Positions 10,641 through 20,000 of a DNA stretch of 20,000 nt are shown here, piece after piece. Origin of the DNA: Reclinomonas americana ATCC 50394 (Eukaryota). Every line of letters begins with the position of its first letter. The stretch's first letter is position 1. Made by a program: the position numbers and the translations under genes. The DNA is taken from the NCBI GenBank assembly GCA_048213135.1, contig PS015186.1:57354-77353 (forward strand), read 5' to 3'. Under the pieces are notes generated by a model, which was not told where the DNA came from, searched no databases, and worked only from the letters and a program-made list of their open reading frames with translations.

Positions 10641-12173
10641 TCACGGGCGGCGCACCAGTGCGGCCGAATAGTCGTGGCCGCCAAACACCTTGACGGCGAC
10701 GAGGTTTTCGAGGCCGGCGGCCAGAGCCGGTGCCTTTTGTGCCTTGTTCTTTGCGGTGCCGAGCTGGCATGAGGAGTTGCGGCCCATGCCGTAGACTTGC
10801 CCGCGGGCTGCGAAGGGGGAGAAGGACGATAAAGGGAGAGGAAATACATAAAGAGGAAGATAGTGAGTGGGGCACTGAGAGAGAGAGGCCGTGAAAGAGA
10901 GAAGGGGGATAAAGGGAGAAGAGGAAAACACGAAGAGGATAAAGCAGAGAGAGGCACAGAAAGAGAGAGAGGCCGCGAAAGGGAGAAGGGGATAAAGGGA
11001 GAAGGAAGAGGAAAACACGAAGAGGATAAAACAGAGAGAGGCACTGAAAGAGAGAGAGGCCGCGAAAGGGAGAAGGGGGAAGAGATTGAGATAGAGGCGA
11101 CAACGCAGAGTGAGATACAACGAGAGAAAAAGAGACCGGGAGTGAAAAAAAAAGTAATGCACTGAAAGAGATTGAGGCGGCGAATGAGTGGAAGGGGAAG
11201 AGATTGAGACTGAGGAAAACACGAAGAGGATAAAGCAGAGTGAGTCAGCGAGAGAGAGAGAGACAATGAAGTAAGGAAAAGAGCAAGAACAAATAATAGC
11301 AAGACATGCAAAAGATGCTTGAGAGAAGCCGCAACGAGGACAAGTGCGGATGTAAGATGGAAATCAGACTGCAAAGAACAGCCGAAAACCGGCGACAAAC
11401 AAGGCAGAAAGGAATAGAGTGGAGAGAGTCCTCACACTTCTCCTCCTGTCTCGGTTACGTACCATTCACAAACATCACATGCCGGTGGCCGCATCCAATG
11501 TGCACGACCTTCTCGCCACCAAACCACTCCGCGTCCAACGGCTTCGGTTCAAACATAACGCGATCGCCCCACACAAACGCCTGGCCCTGGTCTGCAGCAC
11601 AGAGACGAGATGAACAAAGTGAGGGGAGTGAAACAAAACAAGACACAACACAATCTGCTGTCGTCTCTCGCTGCTTCTCACGTTCTGTTCTCTCCATCTC
11701 TCTCTCTCTCTCCGGCAAAGAAGCGTCAGCGAAGACATTACGCCGAGGAGTCTCTCGCCTCTCTCTCTCTCTCACTATCTCTCTCCGTGACAATAGCGCC
11801 ATCCATGAAAGACGCCACACGAAGAATTCTCCCTCGTCTCTCATATCTCCCCACTCGCCATCAGTTTTCTCTTCTCTCTGCATGACAGTAATGCCCCTTG
11901 CAAACGACGCGACTTCACAAATTTCCTTGGACTTTCACACCCTCTCTCTTCGCCATTCTCATCTTTTGCATCTTGCTCTCTCCATGGCAGAAACGCATCT
12001 GTAACAGAGGTCACATCATGAATTCCCACTCCTCTCTCTCTCCCCCACTCTCTCCGCGACAGTAACTCCCTCTGCAACGACGTCATACCAAGCGTTCCCT
12101 CTCCTCTTTCTCTCTCTCCCGCTGTGCATCCGTTTTCTCCCCGTGTCACTCCACTCCCTCTCTCTCCCACTCT

Positions 12174-12252
<79 letters not shown>

Positions 12253-15200
12253 CTCTCTCTCTCTCTCTCTACTCTCTCTCTCTCTCTCTCTACTCTCTCT
12301 CTACTCTCTCTCTCTCTCTCTCTCTCNNNNNNNNNNNNNNNNNNNNNNNNNNNNNNNNNNNNNNNNNNNNNNNNNNNNNNNNNNNNNNNNNNNNNNNNNN
12401 NNNNNNNNNNNNNNNNNNNNNNNNNNNNNNNNNNNNNNNNNNNNNNNNNNNNNNNNNNNNNNNNNNNNNNNNNNNNNNNNNNNNNNNNNNNNNNNNNNNN
12501 NNNNNNNNNNNNNNNNNNNNNNNNNNNNNNNNNNNNNNNNNNNNNNNNNNNNNNNNNNNNNNNNNNNNNNNNNNNNNNNNNNNNNNNNNNNNNNNNNNNN
12601 NNNNNNNNNNNNNNNNNNNNNNNNNNNNNNNNNNNNNNNNNNNNNNNNNNNNNNNNNNNNNNNNNNNNNNNNNNNNNNNNNNNNNNNNNNNNNNNNNNNN
12701 NNNNNNNNNNNNNNNNNNNNNNNNNNNNNNNNNNNNNNNNNNNNNNNNNNNNNNNNNNNNNNNNNNNNNNNNNNNNNNNNNNNNNNNNNNNNNNNNNNNN
12801 NNNNNNNNNNNNNNNNNNNNNNNNNNNNNNNNNNNNNNNNNNNNNNNNNNNNNNNNNNNNNNNNNNNNNNNNNNNNNNNNNNNNNNNNNNNNNNNNNNNN
12901 NNNNNNNNNNNNNNNNNNNNNNNNNNNNNNNNNNNNNNNNNNNNNNNNNNNNNNNNNNNNNNNNNNNNNNNNNNNNNNNNNNNNNNNNNNNNNNNNNNNN
13001 NNNNNNNNNNNNNNNNNNNNNNNNNNNNNNNNNNNNNNNNNNNNNNNNNNNNNNNNNNNNNNNNNNNNNNNNNNNNNNNNNNNNNNNNNNNNNNNNNNNN
13101 NNNNNNNNNNNNNNNNNNNNNNNNNNNNNNNNNNNNNNNNNNNNNNNNNNNNNNNNNNNNNNNNNNNNNNNNNNNNNNNNNNNNNNNNNNNNNNNNNNNN
13201 NNNNNNNNNNNNNNNNNCTCTCCCACTCTCTCCCACTCTCTCTCTCTCTCCCTCACTCTCTCTCCTCGTTCCCTCCCTGTCCCCCCTTCCTTCTCACCAT
13301 TCAAAGCCGCGGAGAACGTGGTGCCACACGACACCGTCATCATCCTGTGCCCGCTGAGCTTGTCGACGAGACGCGGGAACTTTTCGGCATCAAAGTTGGA
13401 GCCACCGTACAGATTGCCGCTCGAGTCGTAGCCGAGCTGGAAGTAATCGTTGCGACCCCACATGTACACGCGACCGTCGGCTGCCACGACGCAAGTGAGT
13501 GAAGGAAATCAACAATGTGTGCTTTCTCTCTCCCAGCGCACCACTGATTGCCGCCGCGTGGCTCAGCCCAGCCGACACACGTCGAATGTCCTTGCCCTCC
13601 AGCGCCGCAATGAGGGCCGGTTCGTCAAACGACACGGTGCTGCCGTGGCCGAGACGGCCCCAGTCGCCGTTGCCCCACGAAAAGACCTCTTGAATGTCTG
13701 CAGCCATGGATAGAAAGGTGGTGAGACAAGAGAGCGTGACGGAGGGAGGGCCTTTGTGAGAGACAAACCGGAGACGGCCATCGAGTGCTGATCGCCAGCC
13801 GCAATGTGGGTGATTCGCACACCGTTGAGCGACGGGATGGTTGTCGGCACCTTGGCGGCGTTGCGATGGGGCAGGCCCAGTGCACCACGGCCGCGGACCA
13901 TCGAGCCGCCGCGGCCCCACGACAGAACTTCGCCTTCCGCTGCGAGAGGGGGGGAAAGGGAAAGGGAGAGAGGGGAAAGGGAAAGTGAGTACAACCACAC
14001 GCGACAACATGAAACATGAGAGCGCAATTAGAGCGCTTTCCGTCAAACACAAATACTACCATGTGAATGCAGTAACAAACATAAGCAGGTTCTCACAAAA
14101 AAGAGCATGAACAAGCATGAGCATAAAGTCACAACGATGAGCACAAAGTCGCAAGCATGAGCGCGCTCAGTCACAATACAGCAGCACGCAACCACACGTG
14201 AGAACAAAAGAAACGAACATGAGCACGCACAGTCGTAAACATGAGCACGCAGTCACAATCGCAAGCATGAGAACGGAGTTACAACCAAGCATGGAGTCGC
14301 AAGCATGAGCACGCTCGGTCACAAATAGCAGCACGCAAGCACACTTGAGAACAAAGAAATGAACATGAGCACGTAGTGGCAAACGTGAACACGCACAGTT
14401 ACAAGCACGAGCTGACAGTCACAAATGAGCACACACGGACAAACTCGAACACTGACAGTCAAAAAAACATAAACAACAAGATTACCACCGTAAGGACGCA
14501 GAGAGAGAGAGAGAGAGAGTCACTCACAAAGCCATATGCCAGCAAGCACGAGCAAACACGCAGAATCATGCATACATACACAAACCAGTCAACGCCAGAG
14601 AGTGACCGCCACCGGCTGCCACCTGCACGACCTTGCGCCCCTTCAGTTCCTCCACCAACTGTGGCTCCATGTAGACGGGCTTGGCGCCTTCGCCGAGACC
14701 CAGCTGCGAGTCCTCATTCGAGCCCCAAGCGTAGACCTCGCCGGCAGCTGGAGGAAAGGGGAAAGGGCAGTGTGAGGAAAGGGGTTCGAAAGGAAAGAAA
14801 CGAGGGTTACAGGGCGATGCGAGAAAGAAACGAAGAGAGGAACCAAACGATGAAGTGAGTGGGTATTGTGTTGCCTACATCTTTGTGAGTGTGAGTGTGC
14901 GTTGGAAGTATCGATACAGGTAAACAAAGGCGAATGCGTGCATGTTGAAAGGGACACAGAGCGGGAGGACACTCCAATGCTGCTTGTGCTTATGGAGAAG
15001 CCAGCAAGGAGCGAGAGGGAAGCAAAGGAAGACAACAGAGCCATCAATCGCCCTCATAAGCGAACGACTGCATACGGTGTATCGCAATGTGTCGTGCTTG
15101 CATGCTCTCACATGCTTACACACACTCTCTCTTCTCGATTCGCTGCCCACTGGTGCCTGCCTACTCGCCTTGTTAGTGTCATTCGTTCTCACTGCGTCGA

Positions 15201-16335
15201 TTGCAAGCTCTCGCTTACGTGCACGCACGCTCACAAAAGAAAGTGTGCAAGCACGTGAGAGCACGCCACGACAACACACACACGCTACGGGAGAGTGACT
15301 TGTTCACTCTCTCTCTCTCTGATGCGAGAAAGCAGACGACAGTGAGCACGAGACGAGAGGAGCACGCCACGACAACACACACACGCTACGGGAGAGTGGC
15401 GCTCTTGCTTTCTTGCACGCACGCTCACAAAAGAAAGTGCGCAAGCACATGAGAGCACGCAATGAAAACACACACACACGCTGCGGGAGAGTGACTTGTT
15501 CACTCTCTCTCTTTCGGATGCGAGAAAGCAGACGACAGTGAGCACGAGACGAGAGGAGCACGTTCACCCTATTATTTCGAAGCAGACTGCTGTTTGCTTG
15601 CCGTCCGTCTCCCAAGCCTGACACTCGCTTACTGCGTGTGTATGTGCACGTCGACTGCTTGCTCTCAACCTTTGCCTCCCCGCTCAGTATCAATCACCGT
15701 CTGATGGCATTCTCGTTGTGACACGCAAGCGGTCTCCACCATATCACAAACTTGCGTGTTCAGCTCCCCTCGTGTGCAACGTCGTTGCTTTCTCACTGTC
15801 CCTCTCTTCTCCTTCCCTTCTCCCACTCACCCGTCAACCCCAACACATGCGAATGCCCACACGACAAGTCGACAAAGGAACTGTCGCGCAGCGCCGGCAC
15901 AATCGCCGCCTCGCCGCCACTCAATCGGTGCTTTGGAGAGCGCCAAAATGCCGCAAAGGACGATTGTTTCGTTTCAATGCCGCATTGCTTGCTCTGTGGA
16001 AGAGAGAGAATGAAGAAGAAGAAGGGGGAATCAGCAATCAAAGGCACAGAGAGAGAGAGACAAGTGCATTTTCTCTCTCTCTCTCTCTCTCTCTCTGCAA
16101 TGAGTGTCGATGAGTGTCAATGTGTGTGTGTGTGTCAGAGAGACAAGGTGCATTCTCTCTCCCTCACGTTGAATGTATCTCTATGCGTGGGAATGTGAGT
16201 GTGAGAGAGACAGCACCTTGTGACTCTCTCTCTCTCTCTCTCAGTTAGTGTAAGTGGGCGCGAATCAATGTCGCCTTTTCTCCGCGCAGTCTCTCACACA
16301 CTCTCATTCTCAAGCTTTCTTCACTCTTCCCCCTG

Positions 16336-16367
<32 letters not shown>

Positions 16368-16531
16368 TCACACTCATCCTCTCATTCTCTCACTCATTCA
16401 CTCTTAGTGCATTCTCCTCTTTGTCCTCTTTCTTCTCGCTCTCTCACCTTGTTTGCTCCCCACAGCACAGGCACATATCCCGTCGAAGAAGAAGACGAGA
16501 ACAAGCGCAACCTTTGCACAACACGCAACAT
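10641..16531 (-). CDS. Gene D: ~404 aa RCC1-repeat (7-blade beta-propeller) protein with a probable mitochondrial targeting peptide. Exons 16531-16448, 15993-15831, 14747-14586, 13939-13769, 13697-13542, 13480-13298, 11591-11463, 10807-10641
   Basis: Classic RCC1 repeats: GEVYAWGSNEDSQLG...VVQVAAGGGHSLALT, EVFSWGNGDWGRLGHG...VSAGLSHAAAIS, GRVYMWGRNDYFQLG...VSCGTTFSAALN, GQVYGMGRNSSCQLG. The N-terminus MLRVVQRLRLFSSSSST is Arg/Ser-rich and free of acidic residues. All splice phases are consistent (1215 nt). Confidence 0.93.
10870..11240. repeat. ~81-87 bp purine-rich tandem repeat in the last intron of gene D
   Basis: GGCAC(T/A)GA..GAGAGAGGCCG(C/T)GAAAG starts at ~10872, 10953 and 11040. GAGGAAAACACGAAGAGGATAAA occurs three times. 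Confidence 0.9.
12179..12326. repeat. (CT)n microsatellite flanking an assembly gap
   Basis: A long near-perfect CT run ends at the Ns, and CT-rich sequence resumes at 13218. Confidence 0.97.
12327..13217. other. Assembly gap (N) within a gene D intron
   Basis: Run of Ns. Confidence 1.
14105..14430. repeat. GCATGAGCAC-based degenerate minisatellite with a higher-order ~85 bp block repeated 148 bp apart
   Basis: AGTCGCAAGCATGAGC.CGCTC.GTCACAA...GAGAACAAA.GAAA.GAACATGAGCACG occurs at 14147 and 14295. Confidence 0.85.
15220..15562. repeat. ~147 bp direct repeat (copies 194 bp apart) with an internal sub-duplication, in gene D intron 2
   Basis: GCACGCACGCTCACAAAAGAAAGTG...GATGCGAGAAAGCAGACGACAGTGAGCACGAGACGAGAGGAGCACG occurs at 15221 and 15415. 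Confidence 0.9.
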
Positions 16532-16573
16532 TGTAGACTTCGAAGTTTGGTGTGTCCCGTGACATTTCGGAGA
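16532..16573. promoter_or_regulatory. Ultra-short divergent spacer between genes D and E
   Basis: 42 bp between divergent ATGs. Contains the palindrome ACTTCGAAGT (16537-16546) and CCCGTGAC (16556-16563). Confidence 0.5.
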
Positions 16574-17316
16574 ATGTCTCCTCGACGTCACTCACCACAA
16601 AGAAGCCACTCAAGAAATCACTCGCGATCTGTGAGCACACGCGATAAGCACCCTTATGAAGCTTGTCTCCCACCGATGGCACGACGTACGCGTCGCTCGG
16701 CACCTGTTTGTCCGCGAGAACATTGATCGCGCAAAACAACGGCAAAGAGCGAACCCTGTCGCATCCTGCAAGTGCGCATAATAAAAACAGCTTCTTGCAT
16801 TGTTCTTTCAAGAAACGGAGATGAAGGCAAAGAGGGAGAAAAGAGAAAATCAAAGTTGTCCTGCGAAACATTGATCGCGCAAAACTTCGGCAAAGAGCGA
16901 ACCCTGTCGCATTCTGCAAGTGCGCATAATAAAAGCAGCTTCTTGCATTGTTCTTTCAAGAAACGGAGATGAAGGCAAAGAGGGAGAAAAGAGAAAATCA
17001 AAGTTGTCCTGCGACATATTGATCGCGCAAACGTCGGCAAAGAGCGAACCCTGTCGCATCCTGCAAGTGCGCTTGGTAGGAGCACGTATCATACAATGTT
17101 CACGCAATAAACAGGGACAGAAACGAAGTGGGAGAAAAGAGAAAAACCAAGTTGTCCTGCGACACGTTGATCACACCTGAATCACGACAATGGTGCGCAC
17201 ACACACACTCTCACTCACTTTCACACTCTCTTACACACTCTCTATTGCACTCCTCGCCTTATCTCGCATTCCACGACATAACAAGACAACTTCACATGAC
17301 TCACTCACTCACTCAC

Positions 17317-17355
<39 letters not shown>

Positions 17356-17595
17356 GTCTGACTCTGAAGACGACCACCGCGCTCGCCACAGCAAGCACGC
17401 CTCTGATGAGGAAGAAGAAGAGGAAGAGGAAGACGAGCGACATGCGCGTCGTCGCTCTCGTGAAGAGCCCGACGAGGAAGGCGAGGATAGTGAGCGAGAA
17501 GAGGGCGAGGAGACGGTGAAGACGAGGTGAGGAAAAGGGGAGGAAAAGGGGAGGAGAATGCGTGGGGCAAGTTGGAGAGTGACATGTTCGACGGA

Positions 17596-17633
<38 letters not shown>

Positions 17634-18696
17634 GGAGGGAGGGAGGGAGGGAGGGAGGGAGGGAGGTGTGTGAGAGAGAGAGAGAGTGAGTGTAGTAGTA
17701 GGACGACGACACTACACGACGACGAACGAACAACGTACGTACTACTCACACGACCTACTCTCACACGACGTACTACTCCTCCCTTCTTCTTCTTCTACGN
17801 NNNNNNNNNNNNNNNNNNNNNNNNNNNNNNNNNNNNNNNNNNNNNNNNNNNNNNNNNNNNNNNNNNNNNNNNNNNNNNNNNNNNNNNNNNNNNNNNNNNN
17901 NNNNNNNNNNNNNNNNNNNNNNNNNNNNNNNNNNNNNNNNNNNNNNNNNNNNNNNNNNNNNNNNNNNNNNNNNNNNNNNNNNNNNNNNNNNNNNNNNNNN
18001 NNNNNNNNNNNNNNNNNNNNNNNNNNNNNNNNNNNNNNNNNNNNNNNNNNNNNNNNNNNNNNNNNNNNNNNNNNNNNNNNNNNNNNNNNNNNNNNNNNNN
18101 NNNNNNNNNNNNNNNNNNNNNNNNNNNNNNNNNNNNNNNNNNNNNNNNNNNNNNNNNNNNNNNNNNNNNNNNNNNNNNNNNNNNNNNNNNNNNNNNNNNN
18201 NNNNNNNNNNNNNNNNNNNNNNNNNNNNNNNNNNNNNNNNNNNNNNNNNNNNNNNNNNNNNNNNNNNNNNNNNNNNNNNNNNNNNNNNNNNNNNNNNNNN
18301 NNNNNNNNNNNNNNNNNNNNNNNNNNNNNNNNNNNNNNNNNNNNNNNNNNNNNNNNNNNNNNNNNNNNNNNNNNNNNNNNNNNNNNNNNNNNNNNNNNNN
18401 NNNNNNNNNNNNNNNNNNNNNNNNNNNNNNNNNNNNNNNNNNNNNNNNNNNNNNNNNNNNNNNNNNNNNNNNNNNNNNNNNNNNNNNNNNNNNNNNNNNN
18501 NNNNNNNNNNNNNNNNNNNNNNNNNNNNNNNNNNNNNNNNNNNNNNNNNNNNNNNNNNNNNNNNNNNNNNNNNNNNNNNNNNNNNNNNNNNNNNNNNNNN
18601 GTACGGCCGAACGGACGGAGTGTACGGTTACGTACGCAGACCTTGTCTTATCTCTTCTACTTCTCTCACTCTCTCTTCCTCTCTTCGTCACACTCA

Positions 18697-18745
<49 letters not shown>

Positions 18746-19501
18746 TAATCACTGCCTGTGCGTGCATTTCTGATCAGGTTTTCCTCGCAATCTCCTTGCT
18801 GATTCATCGATTCGCTTGACATTCTCCTCTGTCTCTCTTTGCACACACGTACACGCGCTTGCACCCTCTCTTCGCATTCATCACAGTCGCTGCTTGTGCA
18901 ACCTCGCACTCCCATCGGTTTCCCTCGCATTCTGCTTGATGATCTCCTTTGACTTTCTCGCTCTCTCTCTCTCTCTCTCTCTCGCTCACTCTTCCTCCTT
19001 CTCTTCGCATCGTCTCAATCACTGCGTGTGCTACCGAGCATTCTCGATCGGTTTCCCTCGCATTCTCCTCGTCGTTTGTCGATGTGTATGACGTGCGCCT
19101 GCCTCTCCCTCCTCCTCCTCTCTCTCTCTCTCTCTCTTCGCATCCTTTTCCCCCGCGTTGTGTTTCCCATTGAGTTGTCTCTCGCTCGCTCACCCTCTCT
19201 TCTCCTCCGCTGACCTTCTCGCTCTTCGTCTCTCCGTCGTCTCTCATCGCTCCCCTTCCCCCCTTTGCACTGACCCTTTTGCCTCTCTCCATTCCACAGA
19301 GATCCGTCTCGCCACGACTCGTCTCCGCCTCCCGTTGGAGCTGCTGCTGGTGAAAACGGCAAGTCTGGCGACGCGTCTTCGCTAAAGCAGGAGCAGAGGG
19401 AGGAGCCGGACGACGTGGACAAGTACGTGCTGTTTGTGTCGGGATTGGATCCGGACACCGTGGCGGAGCATTTGAGGCCAGAGTTTGAGAAGTATGGACC
19501 G
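16574..19501 (+). CDS. Gene E: 5' part of an RRM RNA-binding protein with RS-like and acidic N-terminus (SR/Tra2-like architecture). Exons 16574-16630, 17357-17526, 19300-19501; continues beyond the window
   Basis: Spliced product MSPRRHSPQRSHSRNHSRS|SDSEDDHRARHSKHASDEEEEEEEDERHARRRSREE...|...DKYVLFVSGLDPDTVAEHLRPEFEKYGP| contains an RNP2 motif (LFVSGL) and the first RRM helix (F-x-K-Y-G). Donors are strong GTGAG and phases match (0, 2). An extra exon in the N gap cannot be excluded. Confidence 0.88.
16707..17172. repeat. 148-bp-period complex tandem repeat (~3.1 copies) in intron 1 of gene E
   Basis: The TTGATC anchor falls at 16723, 16871, 17019 and 17167. Copies 1 and 2 are nearly identical; copy 3 is diverged centrally. 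Confidence 0.95.
17299..17350. repeat. (CACT)n(CT)n tract forming the polypyrimidine tract of the acceptor at 17356
   Basis: Directly visible. Confidence 0.9.
17593..17690. repeat. (GA)n-(GGGA)n microsatellite near the 5' end of gene E intron 2
   Basis: Directly visible. Confidence 0.95.
17800..18600. other. Assembly gap (N) within gene E intron 2
   Basis: Run of Ns. Confidence 1.
18699..18742. repeat. (CT)n microsatellite
   Basis: Directly visible. Confidence 0.95.
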
Positions 19502-19539
19502 GTGAGTGCAAGGCGTTAGTTTGCTCCATTCTAGGTTCT

Positions 19540-20000
19540 TCTCGCTTGTGCTCCATGTCTCTCTCGCTGTGCTCCTTGCCTCTCGCTGTGTTCATTGTCT
19601 CTCGCTGTGCTCGTTGTCTCTCGCTGTGCTCCATGTCTCTCTCGCTATGCTCGTTGTCTCTCGCTTTGCACCATTCTCTCTCTCTGCTTATGTCTCTCAC
19701 TGTGCTCGTTGCCTCTCGCTGTGCTTTATGTCTCTCTCGCTGTGCTTTATGTCTCTCTCGCTGTGCTTTATGTCTCTCTCGCTGTGCTCCTTGCCTTTCT
19801 CGCTGTGCTCATTGCTCCTTGTCTCTGACTGCGCTCCTTGTCTCTCGCTGTGCTCCTTGCCGCTCGCTGTGCTCCATTTCTCTCTCGCTGTGCTCCATGT
19901 CTCTCGCTGTGCTACATGTCTCTCGCTGTGCTCCATGTCTCTCGCTGTGCTCCATGTCTCTCGCTGTGCTCCATGTCTCTCGCTGTGCTCGTTGTCTCTC
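19540..20000. repeat. ~20-22 bp minisatellite, consensus CTCGCTGTGCTCCATGTCT(CT), in gene E intron 3
   Basis: Roughly 20 tandem copies running off the window end. Confidence 0.95.

Noticed and set aside
11841-13487. ORFs of 300-550 aa spanning the N run (also 17670-18819)
   Set aside because: They are open only because of Ns and dinucleotide repeats. Only 13480-13298 is coding in the first region.
14586-14747. Suspected frameshift in an RCC1 exon that is absent from the ORF track
   Set aside because: Re-reading gives an intact 162-nt exon (…EELKGRKVVQVAAGGGHSLALT). It is simply not reported as an ORF.
16220-16573. Upstream in-frame extension of gene E (ATG near 16268)
   Set aside because: It would translate CT/CA microsatellite antisense to gene D exon 1 and intron 1. 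The ATG at 16574 gives a sensible RS-type start.
16707-17172. Possible CRISPR-like array or C/D snoRNA cluster
   Set aside because: Units are homologous along their whole length, so there are no unique spacers. The context is eukaryotic with no cas genes, and I see no clear box C/D pairs.
17309-17764. Minus-strand ORF resembling a two-helix membrane protein
   Set aside because: It is the antisense shadow of the Glu/Asp/Arg-rich exon 17357-17526 of gene E.
18804-19936. Minus-strand ORFs with repeated 'EHSER' peptides
   Set aside because: They translate the intronic 20-22 bp minisatellite, whose variable unit length does not preserve frame.

Overview
This is intron-rich eukaryotic (probably protist) genomic DNA with GC-rich exons, CT/GA microsatellite-laden long introns and two N gaps. 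Manual splicing gives five tightly packed genes in alternating orientation. Gene A (+, 5'-partial, ends 1021), gene B (-, 4752..1060, ~991 aa) and gene C (+, 4914..10536, ~959 aa) are three highly diverged paralogues of one family I cannot name. The family has a low-complexity RPxSA-rich N-terminus, a coiled coil, a basic IQ-like helical core and a conserved C-terminal helix-PP-helix module, and the paralogues share intron positions. Gene D (-, 16531..10641, ~404 aa) is a 7-repeat RCC1 beta-propeller with a mitochondrial-type presequence and nearly one repeat per exon. Gene E (+, starts 16574, 3'-partial) is an RS/acidic RRM protein. B/C and D/E are head-to-head with 161 bp and 42 bp between start codons; A/B and C/D are tail-to-tail with 38 bp and 104 bp between stops. 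Most listed long ORFs are artefacts of low complexity, N gaps or antisense shadows. All gene models are manual inferences without transcript data.
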